From IMG/VR virus record IMGVR_UViG_3300020152_000001, positions 1-44,765 of that record: a stretch of 44,765 nucleotides of DNA; one strand, written 5' to 3'. Origin of the DNA: a virus (Duplodnaviria > Heunggongvirae > Uroviricota > Caudoviricetes). The notes under the pieces are model-generated. The model saw only the letters and a program-made list of their open reading frames with translations. It did not search any database and was not told the DNA's origin. The position numbers and the translations under genes were made by a program. Position 1 is the stretch's first letter. Every line of letters begins with the position of its first letter. Positions 1 to 6,674 of the stretch are shown piece after piece.

Positions 1-35
1 AGTTCAGGGAGCTGGGTGAATTTCTTAGTCGCCAC
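1..35 (-). CDS. 5' end of a virion/tail-fibre-like gene, runs off the window (MATKKFTQLPEL...)
   Basis: GTG at 35 overlapping the stop of the upstream ORF; frame open to the window edge. Confidence 0.5.
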   Translation of the reverse strand, partial: MATKKFTQLPE

Positions 36-222
36 TGTCGACCTGCTCCGCGATTAGTTGATCACCAGACTCCGTGATCAGCGGTTCGTCGGACTCGGTG
101 ACGAGGGCGAGGAGGCCTACGAAAAACTCGCCGAGGCCTCTGAGGGCTTGAGCCCATGCTGAAGTTGCGAGGACACCTAGGCTGCCGGCCCGGTGAAAGA
201 TTTGATGCCGAGGGAGACGCAT
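25..222 (-). CDS. hypothetical protein, structural module
   Basis: ORF track; GGAG-like RBS; tight packing with neighbours. Confidence 0.55.
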   Translation of the reverse strand: MRLPRHQIFHRAGSLGVLATSAWAQALRGLGEFFVGLLALVTESDEPLITESGDQLIAEQVDSGD

Positions 223-231
223 GGCCGGGCC

Positions 232-552
232 TTACGGCGCGGCGACGGCGACCGCTGAGATGTAGACCGTCTGGTCGTTGATCTCGGTGGGGACAGACAC
301 CCACTCGGTTTGATTGGCAGCCAGCGGACGATTCGTCGTCGCGGCTTCGGCGTTCTCGTCAGTGCTGACGATGAAGTGGCAGGCTTCGGCGGCGAACAAG
401 CGAACGAAGCGCGTGCCCGGTGTGATGGCGACGTTTGCGGCGCCGCCGCTGAAGTCGATCACTTGCTCGTTCACCGGCGGTTCCGCCGGAAACGGAACCA
501 CGACCGCGTTGTTGTCTCGGGCCAGCTCCCGGAATTGTGCGACGTACAGCAT
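232..552 (-). CDS. putative virion structural protein
   Basis: 106-aa beta-rich ORF in the late operon. Confidence 0.7.
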   Translation of the reverse strand: MLYVAQFRELARDNNAVVVPFPAEPPVNEQVIDFSGGAANVAITPGTRFVRLFAAEACHFIVSTDENAEAATTNRPLAANQTEWVSVPTEINDQTVYISAVAVAAP

Positions 553-561
553 CGGCGGCCC

Positions 562-942
562 TTAGGTGACGTTGACGGTGAGATCGCCGGTGTTGAACCG
601 AACGGCGTTGCCGGCGACGACGGCCTCGTCACCGCCCGTCAGCGCCGCGTAGGCGATTAGATTGCCGGCGACGGCGGCATCGTAGATAGCGAAGTGAGTG
701 ACATCGGCCGCACCTTCGGCGAGACCAAAGTCGACATCGGCATCATTGGCCATGACCCCGTTCGCCGGGGCGCCGAACGAGATGAGCTTGCGGCCCGAAC
801 TATCGATGTCGTCGGTGACTTCGACGCCGGCGCCACTGGGGTCGCCGTCGAAGAGCGCGCAATATGGATCGATCTGCGGGAGGTCCGCGTTGCTGCGGAT
901 CACGTTGCAGATGCTATTGCGAAAGGCGGCGGTGAACGGCAT
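562..942 (-). CDS. putative virion structural protein
   Basis: THFAIYDAAVAGNLIAY...GNAVRFNTGDLTV pattern typical of small phage virion proteins; GAGG RBS. Confidence 0.75.
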   Translation of the reverse strand: MPFTAAFRNSICNVIRSNADLPQIDPYCALFDGDPSGAGVEVTDDIDSSGRKLISFGAPANGVMANDADVDFGLAEGAADVTHFAIYDAAVAGNLIAYAALTGGDEAVVAGNAVRFNTGDLTVNVT

Positions 943-1005
943 CAGGTCCTCGTTACGTCAGGCTGACTGTCAGCGGTAAACGCGACTGTCGGACGAAGAC
1001 GAGCC

Positions 1006-1278
1006 TTAGGCTTCGTCTTCGTCGTCGTTGGTGTTGGGCAGGCCCGAACCTTCGCCGATGTTGTCGAGCCACGCTTGGCGCTCTTCGTCAGAACCATCGG
1101 GATTGGGGGTCACGGCGGCGGCTGGGGTTTCAGTTTTGGCGGCCGGTTTTGCGGCGGCGCCGGCGACAACCGGCGGCAGGCGTGAGTAGCCGAGATGCAG
1201 CACGAGGTCATTGGCGTTGAGCGGCGCGACCTCTTTCAGTTCGCCAGTCGGCGACCACACTTTTACTTTTTTCGACAC
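1006..1278 (-). CDS. hypothetical protein
   Basis: GTG start with GGAG RBS, Ala/Pro linker, acidic tail. Confidence 0.7.
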   Translation of the reverse strand: MSKKVKVWSPTGELKEVAPLNANDLVLHLGYSRLPPVVAGAAAKPAAKTETPAAAVTPNPDGSDEERQAWLDNIGEGSGLPNTNDDEDEA

Positions 1279-1294
1279 GTCGTTCTCCGGGAGA

Positions 1295-2032
1295 TTACTT
1301 CCCGACGAATGGGGAAGCGTATGCGTTGAAGGCGATGCTGTTGGTGCCTTGCGTGAACGTCGAGACAGTGGCCGTAGCCGGGTCGTCGTCGTTCGCAGAA
1401 GTCACAGCAGCAGAGCCCATGGGATCGCCCGCGTCGAGGAAGTTGGTGGTGATGGTCACCACTGCGCCATCAACCGTAGCCGTGCAGTCGATGGTCGATG
1501 AGTTGTTGATGGCGTCGGCCAGGGCCTGCGCCGAGTCTTCTTCGTCGGCGCCGGGATCGAGTGTCCCGTTCAAGCCGTCTTCGAAGGTGAAGGCTTCGTT
1601 GGCATCGCCATCGTCGACGGTGATTTCCAGGCCGACGAAAGCCGCTGCGTTGAACGTCACCGTGGCCGAAGAAATGGGGCCGAGTGTCGTGGTGAGTGCG
1701 AGGCGGAGAGCGGCGTCGGAATTCTCTTCGACGGTCTCGCGTGCGATGTTGAAGTAGGCTTTGCCTGCTTCGGAAACTGTGAGGGTCGAGACCACGTCGC
1801 CGCCGATCTCGGCCGCGAACTCGTAGGTCTGTCCGTCGTCAGCGGCGATGCTTTCGACATCCAGGACAACGGTGAATTGATGCTGATCGGCGTGATCGCC
1901 GGCCGAAGCCCAGTACGCAGTGAGGCGATCGAGCGGCAGCTCGTCAGTGTTCACGTCGCTGGTGACTGGGGAAAGACCCGCTGCACGGAGAACAAGCTCA
2001 CCGTCGATGAGAAATCGATTTGAGGCTTGCAT
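1295..2032 (-). CDS. capsid decoration protein paralog with inserted domain
   Basis: N-terminal ~125 aa and C-terminal ~16 aa align by eye with 2107..2547. Confidence 0.75.
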   Translation of the reverse strand: MQASNRFLIDGELVLRAAGLSPVTSDVNTDELPLDRLTAYWASAGDHADQHQFTVVLDVESIAADDGQTYEFAAEIGGDVVSTLTVSEAGKAYFNIARETVEENSDAALRLALTTTLGPISSATVTFNAAAFVGLEITVDDGDANEAFTFEDGLNGTLDPGADEEDSAQALADAINNSSTIDCTATVDGAVVTITTNFLDAGDPMGSAAVTSANDDDPATATVSTFTQGTNSIAFNAYASPFVGK

Positions 2033-2063
2033 GTGTAGTCTCGTGCCAGGGGTTCAGAGAGAC

Positions 2064-2087
2064 TGGGGCGGCCGAAGCCGCCCCAGG
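2064..2087 (-). terminator. GC-rich UUCG hairpin after the decoration gene (weak terminator or stabiliser)
   Basis: CTGGGGCGGC-TTCG-GCCGCCCCAG followed by TCTCT. Confidence 0.5.
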
Positions 2088-2106
2088 AGTTTCAGCGCTT
2101 CCGGTC

Positions 2107-2547
2107 TTAGTGGCCGGCGAGCGGCGCCACGTAGGCGTTCCACGCGATCGACGGCGTGGTGCCGCCGACGTTCATGTTCACCGTGAGGTGGGTCGCATCG
2201 GCTTGGGCGGCCTTGAGGGCTTCGCGGGTGACCACGAAGACATGGCGGCCGACGTTGGCGACGCTGCGGCTTTCGAGAACCACGTCCGCGCCGGCTGCGT
2301 CGTTGCCGACAGAGATTTCCGCGACGTAGGTCTCGTTGGTGTCGGCGACATCACGCGACTCGGTTTCGACGATAACCGCGAACTGATGCGGGACCGCACG
2401 TTCGTCGGAGTCGTTCCAATAAGCCGACAGCTTGTCGAGCGCGATGGCGCTGGAGCGGGTGTCAGCGGTGACGGGCGCTTGATCAGCCTCACGCAGCACG
2501 AGGCTGGCGTCAAACTCGAAGCGGTTCAGGGAAGGCTTCACAGTCAT
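2107..2547 (-). CDS. minor capsid/decoration protein
   Basis: Directly downstream of MCP, as in phiCbK-like phages; GAAGG RBS. Confidence 0.75.
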   Translation of the reverse strand: MTVKPSLNRFEFDASLVLREADQAPVTADTRSSAIALDKLSAYWNDSDERAVPHQFAVIVETESRDVADTNETYVAEISVGNDAAGADVVLESRSVANVGRHVFVVTREALKAAQADATHLTVNMNVGGTTPSIAWNAYVAPLAGH

Positions 2548-2619
2548 TTGGGGATTTCCTTCAGAAGAGATGGAGGACGGGCCGTAGGTTGTGGGAGGGG
2601 TTGCCCCCTCCCTCAGCCA

Positions 2620-3549
2620 TTAGGCGGTGACGGCCGCGTTGGTGATGCCCCAGATGCGCGCGGCAGCGCGGCCGTGCATGGCCGCGAGGCCAATCAGCCA
2701 TTCGATACGCGTGCGGAAGACCGGCTTCGCGTCGAGTTCGCCGAGGTCTTCGACCTCCATGACGCCGTTTTGCAGGCCCACGATCTTGCCGTCGCCGATC
2801 GACAGGACGTACAGCGACGTTTCCGTCTGCGAGTCCGCCGAAGGACCGGCTTCGTTGAAGTCGATGATGCGCTGGCCCTGGTCGTCGTAGTCGGCGATCA
2901 GGATCGGCAGGTCGTTGTAGCGGGTCACGCGGAAGCCGAACTCGTCGGTGTCCACGGTGATGTCGCCGCCCACGCCTTGGCGAGCCGCAGTTTGCAGCTT
3001 CCGGCGCATGGCCTTCGACATCAGGAGGTGGGTCGGGTTGTCGACGGCATCGATCGCGGCGTCGAGGACTTCGAGCGACAGCGGGCCGTCGACGTTTTGC
3101 GCGGCGGTCGGGCCAAAGAGCTGGCCACCGACGATGCGCTTACGCAGACCGTCGAATTCGCGCGGGTTGGCTTCGGAGTCGCCATTGACCATCTTCGCGG
3201 CGAGGTGGAGGGACAGAGCCTTCACCTTCATGGCTTCGTGCTGCGAGCGCACGCCTTCGCCGCGCGTCTTGATCAGCGCCTTGTCAACGTCCAAGTCGCC
3301 GCCCGCGATGCGGAGCACTTCGACTTGCGGGTTGATGATGCCCGTCGATTCCGAATAGGCTTCGTTGTAGCCACGGAACGCGACGCCAGGGAGCTTGCCT
3401 TCCTGGTTGTATGCGAGCGAGCCGCCCGGAATGTCTTCGAACGGAAGCGCACGCAGCAGGTCGCTGTTGCGCGCGAACATTTCGATGATAGCCGCCCGCT
3501 TGACGTTGCCGTCGTTGAGCTTGGAGGCTTCCATAAGAGTCAGAGCCAC
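2620..3549 (-). CDS. major capsid protein
   Basis: 309 aa; LPFEDIPGGSLAYNQE..LPGVAFRGYNEAY..STG and GGDLDVD..L motifs of phiCbK-type MCP; GGGAG RBS. Confidence 0.92.
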   Translation of the reverse strand: MALTLMEASKLNDGNVKRAAIIEMFARNSDLLRALPFEDIPGGSLAYNQEGKLPGVAFRGYNEAYSESTGIINPQVEVLRIAGGDLDVDKALIKTRGEGVRSQHEAMKVKALSLHLAAKMVNGDSEANPREFDGLRKRIVGGQLFGPTAAQNVDGPLSLEVLDAAIDAVDNPTHLLMSKAMRRKLQTAARQGVGGDITVDTDEFGFRVTRYNDLPILIADYDDQGQRIIDFNEAGPSADSQTETSLYVLSIGDGKIVGLQNGVMEVEDLGELDAKPVFRTRIEWLIGLAAMHGRAAARIWGITNAAVTA

Positions 3550-3585
3550 GGTGGTCTCCCAGAGGTCAGTTGGACTTACGTTGTC

Positions 3586-3626
3586 GGGCCAGATTTACTG
3601 TCCTCGGCTGGCCCAGCTGACCGAGG
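3586..3626 (-). promoter_or_regulatory. predicted H-type pseudoknot in the MCP leader
   Basis: S1 CCTCGG/CCGAGG (3621-3626, 3602-3607) crossed by S2 GGGCCAG/CTGGCCC (3608-3614, 3586-3592). Confidence 0.55.
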
Positions 3627-3712
3627 TAATTTTGCCTTACGTCGGCAGACGCACTGCGCCCGCCGACAAAAGACGTGATGTCACTGAAACCCGGGAAGCG
3701 CGGCGCCGCCGC

Positions 3713-4513
3713 TTATTGCGCACCGAGTTTGTATTGGTGGGCGAGAGCCAGACGCTTCTCAGGAGCGAGCTTGTTGAACTGCTCCATCGTCATGCCGTTT
3801 GGCAGCGTCTTGCCGTTTCCACCGTTGTTGCCGCCGCCGTTGGCACCGCCACCGTTCGACTGCTTGAAGAAGTACGGAGCTTCTTCCTTGAGCTTGCCGA
3901 GCCATTCGAGCGGAGTCATCGCCGAGACGCCGTCTGCGCCATAGATGATGGCTTCGCCTTGCAAGGGGACGACACTGCCGTCATCCTTGACTTTGAAGAC
4001 CTTCGATGCGCGTTCCACGATGTCCGTGAGCGCACGAGCTTCGGCGCCAGACTTCGGGTCGAGCACAGCGTCGGTGATCACGCGATCAATGACCGAACGC
4101 CGATATTTGTTGTCGAACTCACCGGCGTTCTTTTCCGCCGCGACGCGCGCTTGTTCAGCAGCGAGCAGTCGTTGTTCGTAGCCCTGCTTCATCGACTCGA
4201 CACGCCGGGCGACTTCCGCCTCGATGTTGTCCGAGCCCTTGAGCTTGCCGTCCTTCACCTGCTGATCGACCGTCTTCAGACGTTCGACTTCAGTCTTGAA
4301 GCCATCGAAGTCGTCGCCGATCAGCGGCGCCAGAACATCGATCTTTTGCTTCAGACCATCACGTTCCTGGCTGATCTTCAGGTTGTTGTCGCGGAATTCG
4401 TCGAGCTTGGCCTTCGGGACCACGTTGACGACGAACTTGCCTTCAACTTCCTTCGCAGCTTCCTTGAGACCGTCCGGAATCGCTTCCATCGTGTCGAACG
4501 TAATGTCAGGCAT
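3713..4513 (-). CDS. capsid scaffolding protein
   Basis: Coiled-coil 266 aa upstream of MCP; KLDEFRDNN motif; Gly-rich tail. Confidence 0.8.
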   Translation of the reverse strand: MPDITFDTMEAIPDGLKEAAKEVEGKFVVNVVPKAKLDEFRDNNLKISQERDGLKQKIDVLAPLIGDDFDGFKTEVERLKTVDQQVKDGKLKGSDNIEAEVARRVESMKQGYEQRLLAAEQARVAAEKNAGEFDNKYRRSVIDRVITDAVLDPKSGAEARALTDIVERASKVFKVKDDGSVVPLQGEAIIYGADGVSAMTPLEWLGKLKEEAPYFFKQSNGGGANGGGNNGGNGKTLPNGMTMEQFNKLAPEKRLALAHQYKLGAQ

Positions 4514-4667
4514 TCTTACCTCCCCGAGGTATTGAGTTGGACGAGCAGACCCTGCTTGCCGCCTCCCCGACCCTCGGAGAGGACTTTATGGGTTCCGGGC
4601 CCGAGAGCCCGGAGGTGCCGGCGGATGCACCGCGCGGCGTTGATTCCCGTGTGAGGGATACTGACGA

Positions 4668-4696
4668 GAGTTAACCAAACTGACCACAAAGGTCAA
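4668..4696 (-). promoter_or_regulatory. sigma70-like promoter of the capsid operon
   Basis: TTGACC-N17-TAACTC upstream of a structured scaffold leader. Confidence 0.5.
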
Positions 4697-4717
4697 TATA
4701 GCTAACGGCTCACCGGC

Positions 4718-5035
4718 TCACTTTTTCTGTCCCGGCATCGCTTGTCCGCAGTGCGGGCACGGCGGCGGGGCGTTTTGTGCCGCGAGCTTCGCCTTCCACT
4801 CTGCGATTGCGCTGTTGCCGTGAGCCGTGACGACGTGATCCTCTTCGAAAGTCTCGGAGACGTAGTAGTCGTCACCGAGAAGCGGCTTCACGTGCCGGCG
4901 ACGAGACTTTAGGCGCCGGATCGTGATCTTAGCCGAGGCCATGTAGCCGTACATCCCGGGCTCATGGTCCTCTTCGATCGAGAGGATGGTCTCGCGAATG
5001 ACGCCGCGAGCGCGATCGGCCATGACGGCCTCCAT
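4718..5035 (-). CDS. hypothetical protein with C-terminal CxxC
   Basis: ORF with GGAGG RBS; CPHCGQ motif. Confidence 0.7.
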   Translation of the reverse strand: MEAVMADRARGVIRETILSIEEDHEPGMYGYMASAKITIRRLKSRRRHVKPLLGDDYYVSETFEEDHVVTAHGNSAIAEWKAKLAAQNAPPPCPHCGQAMPGQKK

Positions 5036-5044
5036 GTGCGAAAC

Positions 5045-5120
5045 TGGTCAGGGCGGAGAGATTCGAACTCCCGACCCCCTGTATCCAAAACAGGTGCGCT
5101 ACCAGCTGCGCTACGCCCTG
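5045..5120 (-). tRNA. tRNA-Pro(TGG)
   Basis: Full cloverleaf CAGGGCG...CGCCCTG-A-CCA; anticodon arm CCTGT-TTTGGAT-ACAGG; GTTCGAAT T-loop. Confidence 0.93.
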
Positions 5121-5134
5121 ATCTGACCTCTCGC

Positions 5135-5287
5135 TTAGTGCGAGGGTCGCGGTCGAGCGGACGCGCGAGCGCGTTGGTTTTTGCCGAAGCCCCAGCCGTT
5201 ACGCTGGGCGCGAAGAACCGTGCCCCCGTCGAAGACGACGAGAGCGGTGATAAGCAACAGCACTAGCAGCAGGCTGACGAAGTCCAT
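5135..5287 (-). CDS. small membrane protein
   Basis: ATG at 5287 with AAGGA RBS; N-terminal hydrophobic helix; basic tail. Confidence 0.6.
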   Translation of the reverse strand: MDFVSLLLVLLLITALVVFDGGTVLRAQRNGWGFGKNQRARASARPRPSH

Positions 5288-5300
5288 CGTCGTGATCCTT

Positions 5301-5378
5301 TGGTGCCGCGTGTGAGTGTCGAACTCACCCTGGACGGTTTCTGAGACCGTTGCCTCTACCAACGTGGGCTAACGCGGC
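5301..5378 (-). tRNA. tRNA-Leu(CAG) with short variable loop
   Basis: GCCGCGT...ACGCGGC-A-CCA; ACGGT-CTCAGAA-ACCGT; 5-nt variable region CCAGG. Confidence 0.88.
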
Positions 5379-5391
5379 AGAAGAGGGTCGG

Positions 5392-5469
5392 TGGTCGCGG
5401 GGGTCGGATTTGAACCGACGACCTACTGGTTATGAGCCAGCCGAGCTAACCGGACTGCTCCACCCCGCA
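5392..5469 (-). tRNA. tRNA-Met(CAT), initiator-like body
   Basis: TGCGGGG...CCCCGCG-A-CCA; A11:U24; CTCATAA loop; closely resembles bacterial tRNA-fMet. Confidence 0.9.
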
Positions 5470-5540
5470 GAAATTGGCGCTCCGAATAACGCCTCGGAAC
5501 TACGGCGACGTGGATTTTGGGCGGCACGTTCGCCCCGAAT

Positions 5541-5618
5541 TGGCAAAGGTCTAGGGAATCGAACCCTACTAGAACGGTTTTGGAGACCGACGCCTAACAC
5601 CAGCCGAGCCCGACCAAT
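5541..5618 (-). pseudogene. degenerate tRNA-Trp(CCA)
   Basis: Intact CGGT-CTCCAAA-ACCG arm, T-arm and G-CCA end; two U:U mismatches in the acceptor stem, no U8, poor D-arm. Confidence 0.65.
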
Positions 5619-5725
5619 CTCTGATCGGCATGCCGGCCGATCGAGTTAGCGGTTCACCTGCCATCGATGGGCGGGACGCGTCACTGTCTCAAACTCCAAA
5701 TCCGAAAGCCGACGCGTACTCTCGC

Positions 5726-6012
5726 AGAGGCGTCAGCCGTGTTGTCGAGATCGAGAACTGAAGCCCGTAGGGACTCGGGCTCCCTTTCGCGAGAATTCCT
5801 AATGGGGCGTCGGCCCTTCCCCGACAACGTCGCTCATCAAGGCGACGACCCCTGGTGCTGGGCGCGGGTTCACCGCTTCCCGGAAGCGGCACCTACACGT
5901 GGCAGGGCCGTCAGTATTAGAGGCCGGTACTGACCGCTCATCGCCGCTCTTCTCCGCGAACGGAGCGCATTCAAGCGTGTCGGACTTTCTCGACCTCGCT
6001 TCCCGGGCCTCT
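5726..6012 (-). ncRNA. large structured RNA with RNase-P-RNA-like P1/P2/P4 core
   Basis: Terminal stem AGAGGC/GCCTCT; 12-bp long-range helix CGAGGTCGAGAA/TTCTCGATCTCG; GAGAAAGTCCG and ACAACACGGCTGA resemble CR-I and CR-V and form a bulged P4; several internal hairpins. Confidence 0.55.
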
Positions 6013-6031
6013 CGACCCCAGAAGAAGAATT

Positions 6032-6093
6032 TGGAGCAGGGACGAGGGTTACACTCCCTCGCGAATTTCACCCGACCTCGCGGCCGGCCCCAC
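6032..6093 (-). ncRNA. miniature cloverleaf ending in CCA
   Basis: GTGGGG/CCCTGC stem with 2 GU pairs, GCGA-tetraloop arm, 4-bp stub arm, GAGGG-7nt-CCCTC arm, T-CCA. Confidence 0.45.
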
Positions 6094-6096
6094 GTA

Positions 6097-6378
6097 AATG
6101 CGCCGGGTTCTGTTGCCGGGCCCCGGCGGCCCCGCTCCGCGCCCTTAGGCCGCGCGAGCAAACTCTTGGTTGTCGTTCGCAGTTGAACGCCACCTGCCCC
6201 GCGCCTGTCGATACCTACTTCGCCCCCATCACCTACCCACCGAACACCCTCCACGGGTCCGGGGTCGTGAGGCCCCTGGCGGCCCCGAGTCACGAATGGG
6301 CCGGCCGATGAGTATGTGGTGGAGGCGGCGGGTGCCGCCCCCGCGTCCAGACACAAAGCCCTCGCTTTCGCAAGGAGC
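6097..6378 (-). ncRNA. ssrA: circularly permuted two-piece tmRNA: acceptor piece ~6378-6317, IVS 6316-6228, coding piece 6227-~6097
   Basis: ...GACGCGGGGGCGGCACCCGCCGCCTCCACCA precedes GGGGGCGAAGTAGGTATCGAC; the two form a 7-bp acceptor stem with G3.U70; tag frame 6180-6145 after CAACT reads ANDNQEFARAA-stop. Confidence 0.93.
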
Positions 6379-6381
6379 CGT

Positions 6382-6411
6382 GATGTAAGCATGCCTTACG
6401 CTTGATGTCAA
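6382..6411 (-). promoter_or_regulatory. tmRNA promoter
   Basis: TTGACA-N15-GCTTACATC, close to the Caulobacter housekeeping promoter pattern; CGTAAG in spacer. Confidence 0.75.
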
Positions 6412-6674
6412 GCGTGTTTGCGGCGCGGAATAAAACCGTCGCTGACTTTTATCGCGACGCTGCCTTTCAGCGAGTGGACCTTCGGCGCTTCTGGCGTGCC
6501 GGCCGCGACAGCAACTTCGGCGATGCCAGCGGCGTCGATCGCGCCTTCGGAGATCAGCCTTCGCGCTTCGACGATGTCGACGACGCGAACAGGCGACAGG
6601 CGGCCGTTGTCGAGACGGCGGAGTAGGCGAAAGCGCCCGGCGCGGGCGCGGCTGTGTTTGATCGTCAGACTCAT
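6408..6674 (-). CDS. hypothetical protein (88 aa)
   Basis: ATGA overlap with the thyA stop. Confidence 0.65.
   Translation of the reverse strand: MSLTIKHSRARAGRFRLLRRLDNGRLSPVRVVDIVEARRLISEGAIDAAGIAEVAVAAGTPEAPKVHSLKGSVAIKVSDGFIPRRKHA

Noticed and set aside
2593-2612. Intrinsic terminator after MCP
   Set aside because: Strong GCAA-loop hairpin but no U tract on the coding strand; more likely an mRNA stabiliser
2020-3678. Long plus-strand ORFs (2020..3678, 3395..4654, 10135..12009 and similar)
   Set aside because: Antisense shadows of MCP, scaffold and portal caused by high-GC codon bias; no RBS or motifs
5475-5538. Another mini-tRNA between tRNA-Trp and tRNA-Met (ends GCGCCA)
   Set aside because: Two hairpins but no acceptor-like stem closing them; CCA may be chance
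5620-5720. HDV-like/theta ribozyme next to tRNA-Trp (GCTAA and GGCCGGCATG look-alikes)
   Set aside because: Could not build the nested P1/P1.1/P2/P3/P4 fold; the sequence resolves into simple hairpins
5760-5860. Hammerhead ribozyme or permuted group I intron within the 290-nt RNA
   Set aside because: Core reads UUGAUGA rather than CUGAUGA with no correctly placed GAAA; helix order does not fit the group I P3/P7 topology
6317-6350. tmRNA 3' end as a prophage attP/attL fragment
   Set aside because: The whole gene and promoter are present, no integrase or host genes are in the window, and no duplicate is seen
5667-6392. ORFs over the tmRNA and RNase-P-like region (e.g. 5799..6392)
   Set aside because: Arg/Pro/Gly-rich low-complexity translations; the sequence is better explained by RNA structure
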